Below are positions 1-8,796 of a DNA stretch of 64,000 nt, in pieces. The DNA lies in assembly GCA_016201505.1 (NCBI GenBank), contig JACQCQ010000002.1:76750-140749 (forward strand). The letters are read 5' to 3'. The notes under the pieces were generated by a model. That model did not search any database and was not told the DNA's origin. It saw only the letters and a list, made by a program, of their open reading frames with translations. This stretch comes from Candidatus Sungiibacteriota bacterium (GTDB taxonomy: Bacteria > Patescibacteriota > Minisyncoccia > Sungbacterales > JACQCQ01). The position numbers and the translations under genes were made by a program. Position 1 is the first letter of the stretch, and every line of letters starts with the position of its first letter.

Positions 1-161
1 GAATTCATCCGGAATTAACCATGCGCTTCGGCCATCTCTTTTCTGTTGATGGGTATGATCGTGCGGTACTATTAAAAATTAAGAGCCGACTTTTACGTCG
101 ATTTTCCCCGTAGGAGCATCCTAGCGGGAGTTCCGATTCGGTCGTATAATGTCCTCGTTCT

Positions 162-524
162 ATGGGGAAGGAATGGACAACCAAGCTGTATGAGGGCATA
201 GGCGTTGATCTAGTAGAGCTCGCTGCCATTAGAAGGGCTCGGTTTCCTTGGCGTGTCGCCGAGTATTTTTTAACCCCCCGTGAGTATAAAGAAGCCCAAA
301 ACTCATCAGATCTGTATCAATTTATTGCTTCGCGCTTTGCGGCAAAAGAAGCAGTCATCAAGGCCTTTCCGGCGGATCTTTCACCAAAAGACTTCGAAAT
401 CATTAAGGGCGGTAGGAAGCCAGAAGTGCGATTTATACATAAACAGCATGCGGGATTTCGGGCATTCGTAAGTCTTTCCCATTCAGAACACTACGTCATA
501 GGATTTGCCAAAGTTACCTCATGA
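162..524 (+). CDS. acpS: holo-[acyl-carrier-protein] synthase (4'-phosphopantetheinyl transferase, AcpS type)
   Basis: 120 aa. The N-terminal 'GIGVDLVEL' and 'FAAKEAVIKAF' motifs are typical of AcpS. Its stop overlaps the start of the next gene (ATGA). Confidence 0.75.
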   Translation: MGKEWTTKLYEGIGVDLVELAAIRRARFPWRVAEYFLTPREYKEAQNSSDLYQFIASRFAAKEAVIKAFPADLSPKDFEIIKGGRKPEVRFIHKQHAGFRAFVSLSHSEHYVIGFAKVTS

Positions 525-2242
525 ATGCGCTAGATTATCTAAAATTGGCTTCGCGTATCTCCGAAACCGATCGTGGACGATTTCCTTCAACCATTTCAGT
601 AAATATTATTACTAATTTTACTGATGATGTGTTTCTGAAAGTCTTGACCGGAATATGTCTTGAAAATTCAATCTATCCGGTCATTTGGAGAGCACCCTAC
701 AAGCAATATCATCTAGCGTTTAAATCAGGAGAAATTCCGAAAGATGTCGCCATCACGTTTATTTTCTTTTATCTAAATCCTTATCTTTACTCCGAATTCT
801 ATAATCCCGATCAGGTAAATGAACTATTCGACGATATTGAGAAGTTCGCCGAATCTACCAAAGGAACGGTGGTTATGAATTCGTTTATCACCCCCTACCG
901 AGGAGCATACGGCAATTTATTTGATAAAAGCGAGTTATTTAGCCTCGCTGAAAATTACAACCGGAGTTTATTTGAGCTTGAGAAAAGGTTAAAAAATTTC
1001 CGGGTCCTTGACGTAAATCGTCTCATGCACACACTCGGGGAACGACAGGCTCGTGATTTTAGGGGAATGTATGCCTTTGATTTTCCCTTTACGAATGATT
1101 TTGCAGTTGAGGTAGCGAAAGAATGGTTTTCTTATATTCGGGTGCTTTTGGGTAAAATCAAAAAATGCATTGTCGTGGACCTTGACGATACGGTATGGGG
1201 AGGGATATTGGGCGAAGTTGGGCCGCTGGGCATTCTTTTGGGAGAGGACTATCCGGGACGATGCTATCAAAACTTTCAGCGGGCTCTGGTTGAATTTCAT
1301 AACCGAGGCATTTTGCTCGCGATCAATAGCCGAAATAACTGGGAGGATGTAAAAGAGGTTTTTAATCAAAATCCGCACATGGTTTTAAAGGAAAGCCATT
1401 TTGCCTCAATTCAAACAAATTGGAATAACAAGGCCGATAATTTACGCGCCATTGCTGAAGAACTTAACATCGGCCTTGATAGCTTTGTCTTTTTTGATGA
1501 TGACCCCAATAATCGGGCGCTCGTCAAAACTATGCTGCCCGAGGTTTTAGTTCCCGAGTTTTCCATAGCGCCCGAGGAATATGTGAATATGCTCTATGGG
1601 CTTGACGAATTTAATCAGTTTGCGCTCACCGAGGAAGATACGGCCAGAGCCAAAATGTACGCCGAGGAACGCCAGCGCAAAGTAGTCGAGAAAGGCTCAG
1701 CGTCGTTCGATGAGTATATCGCAGGGCTCCAAATCGTGGTGAATGTTTCAGTAAATAAACTAGAGTATCTCACGCGTCTTTCCCAGCTAACATTAAAAAC
1801 CAATCAGTTTAATTTAACGACCAAGCGCTATTCAGAAAGCGAAGTTGCTGACTTAATCAAAAAAGGCTGTCGATTTTTTGCGGGCGATATCCAAGACAAA
1901 TTTGGTCGGTACGGAGTCACTATACTGGCTATTCTTTCTCCCCAAGAGAATGGAGTCGTTCGAATTGATAACTTTTTGATGAGCTGCCGCGTCGCAGGAC
2001 GAGGAGTTGAGTTTACTTTTTTTGATTACCTGCTTGAGCTCTTGGCCTCGGAAGGCGTAAAAAAAGTGACGGGACTGTTAATCGAAACACAAAAGAATCC
2101 TCCCGTAAGGGAGATTCTCCCCAATCTTGGATTCAAAATCAAAGAAAAAGGAGAAGGCGGGACTCTCTTTGAGATTAACCTAGAAGAGTATCAGATGTGT
2201 CAGCAACCGAACGTAAATCGGCATATCAAAATTGGATCCTGA
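521..2242 (+). CDS. FkbH-like HAD-IIIC family protein (N-terminal unknown domain + HAD/FkbH domain + C-terminal GNAT-like domain)
   Basis: 573 aa. The motif-I-like 'VVDLDDTVWGGILGEVG' matches the FkbH/HAD-IIIC signature (hhhDhDxTLWGG). The C-terminal ~150 aa look like an acyltransferase fold. It is co-oriented with ACP and MBOAT genes. Confidence 0.65.
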   Translation: MNALDYLKLASRISETDRGRFPSTISVNIITNFTDDVFLKVLTGICLENSIYPVIWRAPYKQYHLAFKSGEIPKDVAITFIFFYLNPYLYSEFYNPDQVNELFDDIEKFAESTKGTVVMNSFITPYRGAYGNLFDKSELFSLAENYNRSLFELEKRLKNFRVLDVNRLMHTLGERQARDFRGMYAFDFPFTNDFAVEVAKEWFSYIRVLLGKIKKCIVVDLDDTVWGGILGEVGPLGILLGEDYPGRCYQNFQRALVEFHNRGILLAINSRNNWEDVKEVFNQNPHMVLKESHFASIQTNWNNKADNLRAIAEELNIGLDSFVFFDDDPNNRALVKTMLPEVLVPEFSIAPEEYVNMLYGLDEFNQFALTEEDTARAKMYAEERQRKVVEKGSASFDEYIAGLQIVVNVSVNKLEYLTRLSQLTLKTNQFNLTTKRYSESEVADLIKKGCRFFAGDIQDKFGRYGVTILAILSPQENGVVRIDNFLMSCRVAGRGVEFTFFDYLLELLASEGVKKVTGLLIETQKNPPVREILPNLGFKIKEKGEGGTLFEINLEEYQMCQQPNVNRHIKIGS

Positions 2243-2243
2243 T

Positions 2244-2480
2244 ATGTCGAAACTTTCACATATTTTTTCTTCCATATTAGGTATTGATGAATCCCGCATC
2301 ACTCCAGATCTATCTCCCAATAATACTTCATCTTGGGATTCGCTGAATGCCATCATTCTTTTGACCGAAATCGAAAAAGCCTTTGCTACTAAATTTGATT
2401 TTAATGAGGCCATGTCAATTAAAAATTTTGGTGATGTTACTCAATTGATTGAATCGAAAGGACTCAATCCCCATGCCTGA
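2244..2480 (+). CDS. acyl carrier protein (DltC/ACP-like)
   Basis: About 78 aa with a 'SWDSLNAIILLTEIEKAF' Ser-containing DSL phosphopantetheine-attachment motif. The ATG at 2244 is preferred over the TTG at 2232 listed in the ORF track. Confidence 0.7.
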   Translation: MSKLSHIFSSILGIDESRITPDLSPNNTSSWDSLNAIILLTEIEKAFATKFDFNEAMSIKNFGDVTQLIESKGLNPHA

Positions 2481-2895
2481 AGCCATGGAACGAACCTACG
2501 AGGAACTAAAAACGGGTGAATCTTTTTCATTTGAAGTTCTTATCGACGAAGATCTCGTGGCAGCCTTTCGTCAACTTTCCGGCGACAGAAATCCGCTGCA
2601 TGAAAAAACAGAATATGCGCGAGCCTCTTCATTTGGGAAGCCTGTAGTACATGGCATGATTGCCGGCGCTTTCTTTTCTCGACTTGTCGGCATGCATCTG
2701 CCGGGAAAATTTGGGCTCTATCTTTCCCAGACGCTTCATTTTCGAAAGCCGATCTTCTTCGGAGATAAGGTTACGATCCGCGGAGAAATACTTGAAAAAA
2801 GTGAGGCCATGAAGACCATACGGGTCAAGACCGAGGCACTGACTCAAGACGGGATTTGTACGGACGGAGAAGCGCTGGTACGTTTGCTCAAATAA
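2473..2895 (+). CDS. MaoC-like (R)-specific enoyl dehydratase, hot-dog fold
   Basis: About 140 aa. 'NPLHEKTEYARASSFGKPVVHGM' is the MaoC/hot-dog signature (NPxH…VHG). The start was chosen at the ATG at 2473; the ORF-track start is a TTG. Confidence 0.65.
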   Translation: MPEAMERTYEELKTGESFSFEVLIDEDLVAAFRQLSGDRNPLHEKTEYARASSFGKPVVHGMIAGAFFSRLVGMHLPGKFGLYLSQTLHFRKPIFFGDKVTIRGEILEKSEAMKTIRVKTEALTQDGICTDGEALVRLLK

Positions 2896-2898
2896 GTC

Positions 2899-4341
2899 AT
2901 GGTTTTTAACTCATTTCAGTTTCTTCTCTTCTTTCCCGCGGTTGTGGCCATTTATTTTTTGTTGCCGCACTGCTGGCGCTGGGTTTTTCTCTTGCTTGCC
3001 AGCGGTTATTTCTATATGGCCTTTATCCCGAAATACATTTTCGTTCTGGGATTTTTGATTGTTATCGATTACTGGGCAGGGATCTTGATTGAACGAGCGC
3101 AAGCGCGAAAGCGATTTTTTTTGACTATCAGCATTCTCGCAAATGCCGGAATGCTGTTTGTTTTTAAATATTTCAATTTCTTTAATTCAAATCTCGATCA
3201 TCTTGCGCGTTTCCTTCACTGGAACTACCCCATCGGCTATTTGGCGTTGGCTCTGCCGCTCGGGCTCTCGTTTCATACCTTCCAGAGTCTTTCGTATGTC
3301 ATCGAGGTCTATCGCGGACGTCAAAAAGCTGAACGGAATTTCGGCATTTACGCCCTCTATGTAATGTTTTTTCCCCAGCTCGTCGCCGGCCCGATTGAAC
3401 GGCCGCAGAATCTGCTGCATCAGTTTTATGAGCGGCATATATTCCTGCCGGATCGCGTGGTTTTGGGACTGCGGCTGATGCTCTGGGGATTTTTCAAAAA
3501 GATTGTGGTGGCTGATAATATCGCCGGACTCGTGAATTTGGTATATGCCGCCCCGCCTCACTTTTCAGCGCCCGCAATACTGCTCGCCATCTTTCTTTTT
3601 ACCATTCAATTATACGCCGACTTCTCGGGATACTCGGACATTGCCAGAGGCTCGGCTCTGGTTCTCGGCTACCGCTTAATGGAGAATTTCAATCGCCCCT
3701 ATTTTGCAAAGTCGATAGCCGAATTCTGGAGGCGCTGGCATATTTCGCTTTCCAGCTGGCTTCGCGACTACATCTATTACCCGCTTGTTTTCAAAACCAG
3801 AAACCAGCCCGTTCGGGGCATGTATTTTGCGCTTCTTTTTACATTTCTTATATCCGGCGTCTGGCATGGAGCCGGTTGGACATTTTTAATTATGGGATTT
3901 TTATTCGGGTTTTATATTGTTTTTGGTTTAGTCACAAAATCATGGCGGGCATCAATACTGGAAAGTATCAAAATAGCGCGATGGCAGAACCTCCACGGCG
4001 CGATTCAGGCCTGTTTCACATTTTTGCTGGTTTCGTTCGCCTGGATTTTTTTTCGCGCCAGCTCGCTTCAGAACGCCTATGACATCATCCGCGGAACTTT
4101 TTTAAATTTTCGCTTCTCATACGCAGAGTTTAGTTCGCTCAATAAACTGCAAATCCTTTTTGGATTCATTGGAATTTCCGTTTTGTTCTTAGTTGAACTA
4201 ACTTCAAAAGATGCCGAGGTTTGGGGTCGGCTCCATTCTGTCGGGTCGCTTATGCGCTGGGGGATTTATAGCGGGCTCGCGCTTGCGATTTTGCTGCTGG
4301 GCTATTTTCGCGGCCAGACATTTATTTATTTCCAGTTTTGA
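2899..4341 (+). CDS. MBOAT family membrane-bound O-acyltransferase (DltB/AlgI-like)
   Basis: 480 aa and polytopic. The conserved His region 'ISGVWHGAGW' and the 'FWRRWHISLSSWLRDYIYYPL' block are typical of DltB/AlgI. Confidence 0.8.
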   Translation: MVFNSFQFLLFFPAVVAIYFLLPHCWRWVFLLLASGYFYMAFIPKYIFVLGFLIVIDYWAGILIERAQARKRFFLTISILANAGMLFVFKYFNFFNSNLDHLARFLHWNYPIGYLALALPLGLSFHTFQSLSYVIEVYRGRQKAERNFGIYALYVMFFPQLVAGPIERPQNLLHQFYERHIFLPDRVVLGLRLMLWGFFKKIVVADNIAGLVNLVYAAPPHFSAPAILLAIFLFTIQLYADFSGYSDIARGSALVLGYRLMENFNRPYFAKSIAEFWRRWHISLSSWLRDYIYYPLVFKTRNQPVRGMYFALLFTFLISGVWHGAGWTFLIMGFLFGFYIVFGLVTKSWRASILESIKIARWQNLHGAIQACFTFLLVSFAWIFFRASSLQNAYDIIRGTFLNFRFSYAEFSSLNKLQILFGFIGISVLFLVELTSKDAEVWGRLHSVGSLMRWGIYSGLALAILLLGYFRGQTFIYFQF

Positions 4342-4344
4342 TGC

Positions 4345-5292
4345 ATGAAAAATCTTACATTTTTTATTAAACTCGGCATTTTTTTGGGATTACTATCGCT
4401 CGCTGTTTTTTTAATTTCGGCAATCGGGCATGATTCAAATTCAGCCGCGGCCGTCATTTTAGATAAGCACGCGCTGCTTGCCGGCGCGCCATCGCCGAAA
4501 ATCATTTTAGTCGGCGGATCGAATATTACTTACGGTATTGACAGCCTGCGGATAGAGCGTGATGTCGGGCGTCCCGTCGTCAACATGGGTTATTCGCTCG
4601 GCGTTGGTTTGAGGTTCGCCCTAGAGGAAGTAAAACCAGATCTGAAAAAAGGCGACGCGGTTTTAGTGATTCCCGAATACGAACAATTTCAGGATTTATT
4701 TGAAGGCAATGGCGCGATCTTAGATTTAGTGCAGTATGATCCGTCGCTTGCGCGACACATAACTTCCTGGCGGCAGGTGCGCGAGATGGTTAAATATTTC
4801 CCGAACTTTTTGCAGAATAATTTTAAACGCGGCATGGTAGAGCCTCTCTTCCGTCGTTTCGGTCTTACCATTGGAAAAAGCGAACGCCGCTACTACCGCA
4901 GTGACTTTAATGCGGCTGGCGATCTCGTCGGCTATTTAAAAGATCCCCGATCCGATTCGATCGATATATCTCGATTAAATCCGGGGTATATCAATCCCGC
5001 TGCCATCGAGGCGCTCTCGAATTTCACCGCCTTTGCCAAACAAAAAGGCGCCCCGGTCGTTTTCATCTTCCCGTCTTACAGCACACCAGCCTATCAAGAA
5101 AATAAAGATACCGTCAATGCAATCTACAAAAAGCTCCAGCAGATTCGAGATCTGGTGATACCAGACTCGCCTAGCGATTTTATATTCTCCACGGGTCAAT
5201 TATTCGACAGCAGTTATCATTTGGTTGGCGCGGGTCGCGAAGATAGAACCTCTAGAATAATCGCGAAATTAAAAACGGTTTTGGCCCATTAA
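4345..5292 (+). CDS. DltD/AlgJ-like SGNH-fold accessory protein (membrane-anchored)
   Basis: 315 aa with an N-terminal TM helix. It has the block I 'ILVGGSNITYG' and a C-terminal 'DSSYHL' (DxxH) motif. It is positioned directly after the MBOAT gene, as dltD/algJ are. Confidence 0.55.
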   Translation: MKNLTFFIKLGIFLGLLSLAVFLISAIGHDSNSAAAVILDKHALLAGAPSPKIILVGGSNITYGIDSLRIERDVGRPVVNMGYSLGVGLRFALEEVKPDLKKGDAVLVIPEYEQFQDLFEGNGAILDLVQYDPSLARHITSWRQVREMVKYFPNFLQNNFKRGMVEPLFRRFGLTIGKSERRYYRSDFNAAGDLVGYLKDPRSDSIDISRLNPGYINPAAIEALSNFTAFAKQKGAPVVFIFPSYSTPAYQENKDTVNAIYKKLQQIRDLVIPDSPSDFIFSTGQLFDSSYHLVGAGREDRTSRIIAKLKTVLAH

Positions 5293-5327
5293 GCCAAAAC
5301 CCAAACAGGTATAGAATCAACCTGGCT

Positions 5328-6011
5328 ATGGAAAAGAAATCGGTGCCCTATATTCCGCAAGTTGAATTAAAAAAGCACGCCGGAGAAGTAAAAACCCAAC
5401 TGCGAGTTTCGGATACCTGGACTCTCCGAGAAAATATTTTTTGGGACTTCCTTGAGGCTCGCATTCCCAAAGAAGCGCGCATTTTAGATGTGGGCACGGG
5501 GCCGGGAACTCTCTTGCGCCAGCTGGAGAGCCGAGGCTGGCACAATTTAAAAGGCTTAGACATTGCTGACTTTATGGACGCTGACTTGAAGCCGAAGTTC
5601 GAGCTCGCCGTTACCGACTTGGATTTTGAGGCCGCACCCTTCGCCGCGAACAGTTTTGATTTAGTTTTCGCGCTTGAAGTTATTGAACACCTGGAGAATC
5701 CATTCCATTTTATTCGCGAAATGAGCCGTATTCTGGATGACGGGGGATATTGTATCTGTTCCGCGCCGAATCCATTTCACATCTGGAATAAAGTAAAATT
5801 CTTGCTGAAAGGGAATCTACAGCACTGGCACGTGTATAACGATCACATCACCTTTATGACAAAGGACGTTTTCAAAAAGACTGTGCTCCGCTATTTCTCA
5901 ATTGAAGAAATTAAATATCGCTGGGGCTATTTGCCGTATTTCCCAAAGATCAACATGCCGCGAACTGAATTATTTGGCAGGAATGTTTGCTATTTTCTTA
6001 AGAAGATTTGA
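5328..6011 (+). CDS. class I SAM-dependent methyltransferase
   Basis: 227 aa. Motif I is 'LDVGTGPGTL' and the motif II/III region is 'DLVFALEVIEHL'. Confidence 0.7.
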   Translation: MEKKSVPYIPQVELKKHAGEVKTQLRVSDTWTLRENIFWDFLEARIPKEARILDVGTGPGTLLRQLESRGWHNLKGLDIADFMDADLKPKFELAVTDLDFEAAPFAANSFDLVFALEVIEHLENPFHFIREMSRILDDGGYCICSAPNPFHIWNKVKFLLKGNLQHWHVYNDHITFMTKDVFKKTVLRYFSIEEIKYRWGYLPYFPKINMPRTELFGRNVCYFLKKI

Positions 6012-6032
6012 GGCCAGAACGATGGCTTAATC

Positions 6033-6052
6033 TGTGTCACAGCGTTGACACA
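6033..6052. promoter_or_regulatory. perfect inverted repeat TGTGTCA-N6-TGACACA upstream of the GC-rich transferase gene (candidate operator)
   Basis: The sequence tgtgtcacagcgttgacaca reads directly as an inverted repeat. An AT-rich stretch and a GGAG RBS follow. Confidence 0.35.
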
Positions 6053-6123
6053 TTTTAAATATTTATGTAAATTATCTCCCGGTACATTAAGTCGCCGGTT
6101 AAATCCGGAGAAAGAGGCGCGTT

Positions 6124-7227
6124 TTGCCCAAAAAGGTTGTATTCTGCCTCGGAGATGGCGGCAACGGTGAGTACTACCTCGCCCTTCGTCCGCATCTGGA
6201 AGCGGCCGGTGTCGAGCACGAGGTACTGATGGATCCGAAGGGGGCTGCGAAGGTTCTCCTCGAGAAGAGGGGAATTCCCTTCAGGCTGACAGAGGGTAAG
6301 GAGGACATCGACTGCAAACAGTACGACCATGTCCTGGTCGGCAGCGGCAACAAGGCGCGCGATCTGATTAGGAACGCGACGGAGAACGCCCAGAAGGCAG
6401 GCGTTCGTGTCACCTGGTTCTGCGACATTCCGCACTCTGGGTGCGAAGAAGCCTTTCGAGATCTTGTCCCGTCGTCGATGGCCGTCTTCGACGGCCTGAC
6501 ACGGGACCGGCTTCTCAAGATGAAGTCGGCGCTCGACGAGAGCAAGATCTTCGTCATCGGCAATCCCGCCTTCGACAACCTGCCAACGCTGAAGAAGAAT
6601 CATGCAGTCTTGCGCGCGGCGATCTTCAGCTCGACGGGCCTTCGGGACCTGCAAGATCAGCTCGTCGTTTACTTCGGCTCTTCTTCGGCGCAGTTTGATC
6701 TCGTCGGTGAGTCGCTAGAGCCGCAGATCGAGTGGGTGCAGAAGAATCCGCGCGTGAAGTACTACTGCGCCACTCATCCCGCCGACCTGAAGAAGGATGA
6801 GGTCACTGCGCTCGTCGCAACGCTCGGCAGTCAACTCATAACCGAGAGGTTTTCCAACGACGATCTCACAGTTGCGGCCGACATGGTTGTCACCGATTAC
6901 TCAACGCTGGGGATTCAGTCATGCCTTATCGGCACGCCAACGGTGTTCCTGATGGGTCCGTCAGCCCAGGCTTACCAAGAGAAAGAGCGAGGAGCGAAGT
7001 ACCCGGTATTCCCGGTACTCGACCTCGCGCGTGGCTTTATCTACCAGGGGAAGAGCTACACGCCAGCCCTCGGCGTCTGGAACATCGCTCGCATCACCGA
7101 AGCGCTTGACAAGGTCCTCCTGGATCCGGATCAGTGGAGGCTGATGCGGCTTGCCGCCCAGCTTCCTGAGTTCGAACGCATGGCCGACGGCCACGCTGGA
7201 GAGCGGTTCATCAAGAACGTCCTGTAG
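6124..7227 (+). CDS. GT-B fold transferase, TagB/TagF (CDP-glycerol glycerophosphotransferase)-like; compositionally foreign (GC-rich) gene
   Basis: 367 aa with a TTG start after GGAGAAAGAGG. The C-terminal 'VVTDYSTLGIQSCLIGTPTVFL' resembles the TagF-family nucleotide-binding block. GC content is visibly far above the flanks, which produces spurious antisense ORFs. A stem-loop terminator sits at 7252–7290. Confidence 0.45.
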   Translation: MPKKVVFCLGDGGNGEYYLALRPHLEAAGVEHEVLMDPKGAAKVLLEKRGIPFRLTEGKEDIDCKQYDHVLVGSGNKARDLIRNATENAQKAGVRVTWFCDIPHSGCEEAFRDLVPSSMAVFDGLTRDRLLKMKSALDESKIFVIGNPAFDNLPTLKKNHAVLRAAIFSSTGLRDLQDQLVVYFGSSSAQFDLVGESLEPQIEWVQKNPRVKYYCATHPADLKKDEVTALVATLGSQLITERFSNDDLTVAADMVVTDYSTLGIQSCLIGTPTVFLMGPSAQAYQEKERGAKYPVFPVLDLARGFIYQGKSYTPALGVWNIARITEALDKVLLDPDQWRLMRLAAQLPEFERMADGHAGERFIKNVL

Positions 7228-7251
7228 CAGCAAGTCTCGGCAGTCCGAACG

Positions 7252-7290
7252 CAAACGGCGGCGCACCAAGTGGTGCCCGCCGTTTTCTCA
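7252..7290 (+). terminator. Rho-independent terminator (GC stem + T-tract)
   Basis: aacggcggcgcaccaagtggtgcccgccgtttt. Confidence 0.5.
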
Positions 7291-7313
7291 TAACCACGTT
7301 TGCAGAACTCAAA

Positions 7314-7353
7314 CCGAATTAGTTCGATAGACTAGTCTATCGAACTAATTCGG
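7314..7353. repeat. 40-bp perfect palindrome (ccgaattagttcgatagactagtctatcgaactaattcgg) between convergent genes
   Basis: A perfect inverted repeat with a GACTAGTC centre. The core 'ttcgatagactagtctatcgaa' recurs at 62268–62299. Confidence 0.8.
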
Positions 7354-7356
7354 GAA

Positions 7357-8724
7357 TTATTGCAGATGCCTAAGCAGAAAATTCCCGATGCGCTCACCAG
7401 ATTTTCCGTCGATTTTCCAGACTTGCTCGTCAAATAATTTTTTTCTGCCTGCTTTGTGAATTGATGGATTTTCCACATATTTTTTGGTGGCCTCGACTAA
7501 TTCTTTTTCGTTGTTTACTCTCCAGCAAGCGCCCGTTTCCTGAACGTATTTATAATGCGTGATGTCCATGCTGTGGCGCACCGATATGTAATAGGGTTTA
7601 TTTTTGTAGCCGTCAAAAGCGATCAAAACAGTCGGCTTATCGTAAATGGCCGCCTCAATCGTCAGGGTCGACCCCGTGTTCATGGTGACGTCACTCCAGT
7701 AAATCGTAGAAATTAAAAGTTTTACGTCTTCTTCGTCGAACTCGCGATCGCCCTTGATCTCGGCAATGCTTTTCCCCGGAATATGGAAGACGACATTCTT
7801 CCAGCTTTTGAGATCGGCCAGGTCAACTTCATATTTTGGATGCGAGCGCACAAAAATGATCGATGGGGGCAGTTCGCCGCGCTCGATGGCATGGTTTAGC
7901 ATCTTTATGTGGTCCCGCGGGTCGTCAATCGCCAGCACCCCGCCCATGAAATAGGTGATTAATTTTTTTGACGGGTCGATGTTGAACATTTTAAAAAACT
8001 CATCGCGCGTGAGGCGCCACTCCGCTTTCAGGTAGTTGTCATATTGCGGCAGGCCGACAACCGTAACTCGATTTTCAGGCATGTCGCCGATCCTCATCGC
8101 CTCGCCTTTTATGTAGGGATTGTTCACGATTAACTGATCCGGCTTTACGCGGAGCATAGTTTTTGAGGTAAAATTATCCCAGCTTTTGGTCATGCCGATT
8201 GATGGAATGCCGCGGCGCCTGGCCGCCTTGATCAACGCAACAGAAGTTCCGTGGATCATATTCGTCCCGAAAACCAAAGATGGATTATATTTTTCAAAGT
8301 ATTTGTCCCAGATCGCGTCCTCATGGAACAGGGGATCAACGGCACGCACCAACTCGCGCCAGACGCGAAAATGACCGAGAAGCCAGATCGCCCGCTTTAA
8401 GGGCAGTATGACTTTATTGGCCAGCGACGGATTTTCGTAGACGAGTTTATTTTGTCTGATCTTAATCGTTCCCGTCGGGATGCTGTTGTATGAAACGGTG
8501 CGGACAAACTGGCGCATCGGATGTAAGTCGTACTCTAAATCCTCGATCGGCTCGACCATAAAATTCAAAGCCCTGAACCGGGCTTTATAATTAGTGACTT
8601 TTTTTTGGGGCACGAACAAGACGACGGAGAGATCCGGCGTACGCGCGAGCAGGGGATACATATCCGAGAGCATCAGATTTTTCGTCTCGGCTTGAGTGGG
8701 CAGCGCGATAAACAGAGTTTTCAT
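7357..8724 (-). CDS. TagB/TagF-like glycosyl/glycerophosphotransferase (GT-B)
   Basis: 455 aa. The C-terminal 'ISTIYWSDVTMNTGSTLTIEAAIYDKPTVLIAFDGY' resembles the CDP-glycerol glycerophosphotransferase family. Confidence 0.45.
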   Translation of the reverse strand: MKTLFIALPTQAETKNLMLSDMYPLLARTPDLSVVLFVPQKKVTNYKARFRALNFMVEPIEDLEYDLHPMRQFVRTVSYNSIPTGTIKIRQNKLVYENPSLANKVILPLKRAIWLLGHFRVWRELVRAVDPLFHEDAIWDKYFEKYNPSLVFGTNMIHGTSVALIKAARRRGIPSIGMTKSWDNFTSKTMLRVKPDQLIVNNPYIKGEAMRIGDMPENRVTVVGLPQYDNYLKAEWRLTRDEFFKMFNIDPSKKLITYFMGGVLAIDDPRDHIKMLNHAIERGELPPSIIFVRSHPKYEVDLADLKSWKNVVFHIPGKSIAEIKGDREFDEEDVKLLISTIYWSDVTMNTGSTLTIEAAIYDKPTVLIAFDGYKNKPYYISVRHSMDITHYKYVQETGACWRVNNEKELVEATKKYVENPSIHKAGRKKLFDEQVWKIDGKSGERIGNFLLRHLQ

Positions 8725-8796
8725 ATCAGGCGGAGTATAGCGAATTGACGTTCGATTGACAATTGAGCTTAGATACTGTTTTATAAGGCTGAAATC

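Noticed and set aside
6055-6654. Antisense ORFs of 199 aa and 134 aa (6055..6654, 6174..6578, minus strand)
   Set aside because: They lie entirely inside the GC-rich + strand transferase gene. Such long stop-free antisense frames are expected in high-GC DNA. They have no start context or motifs.
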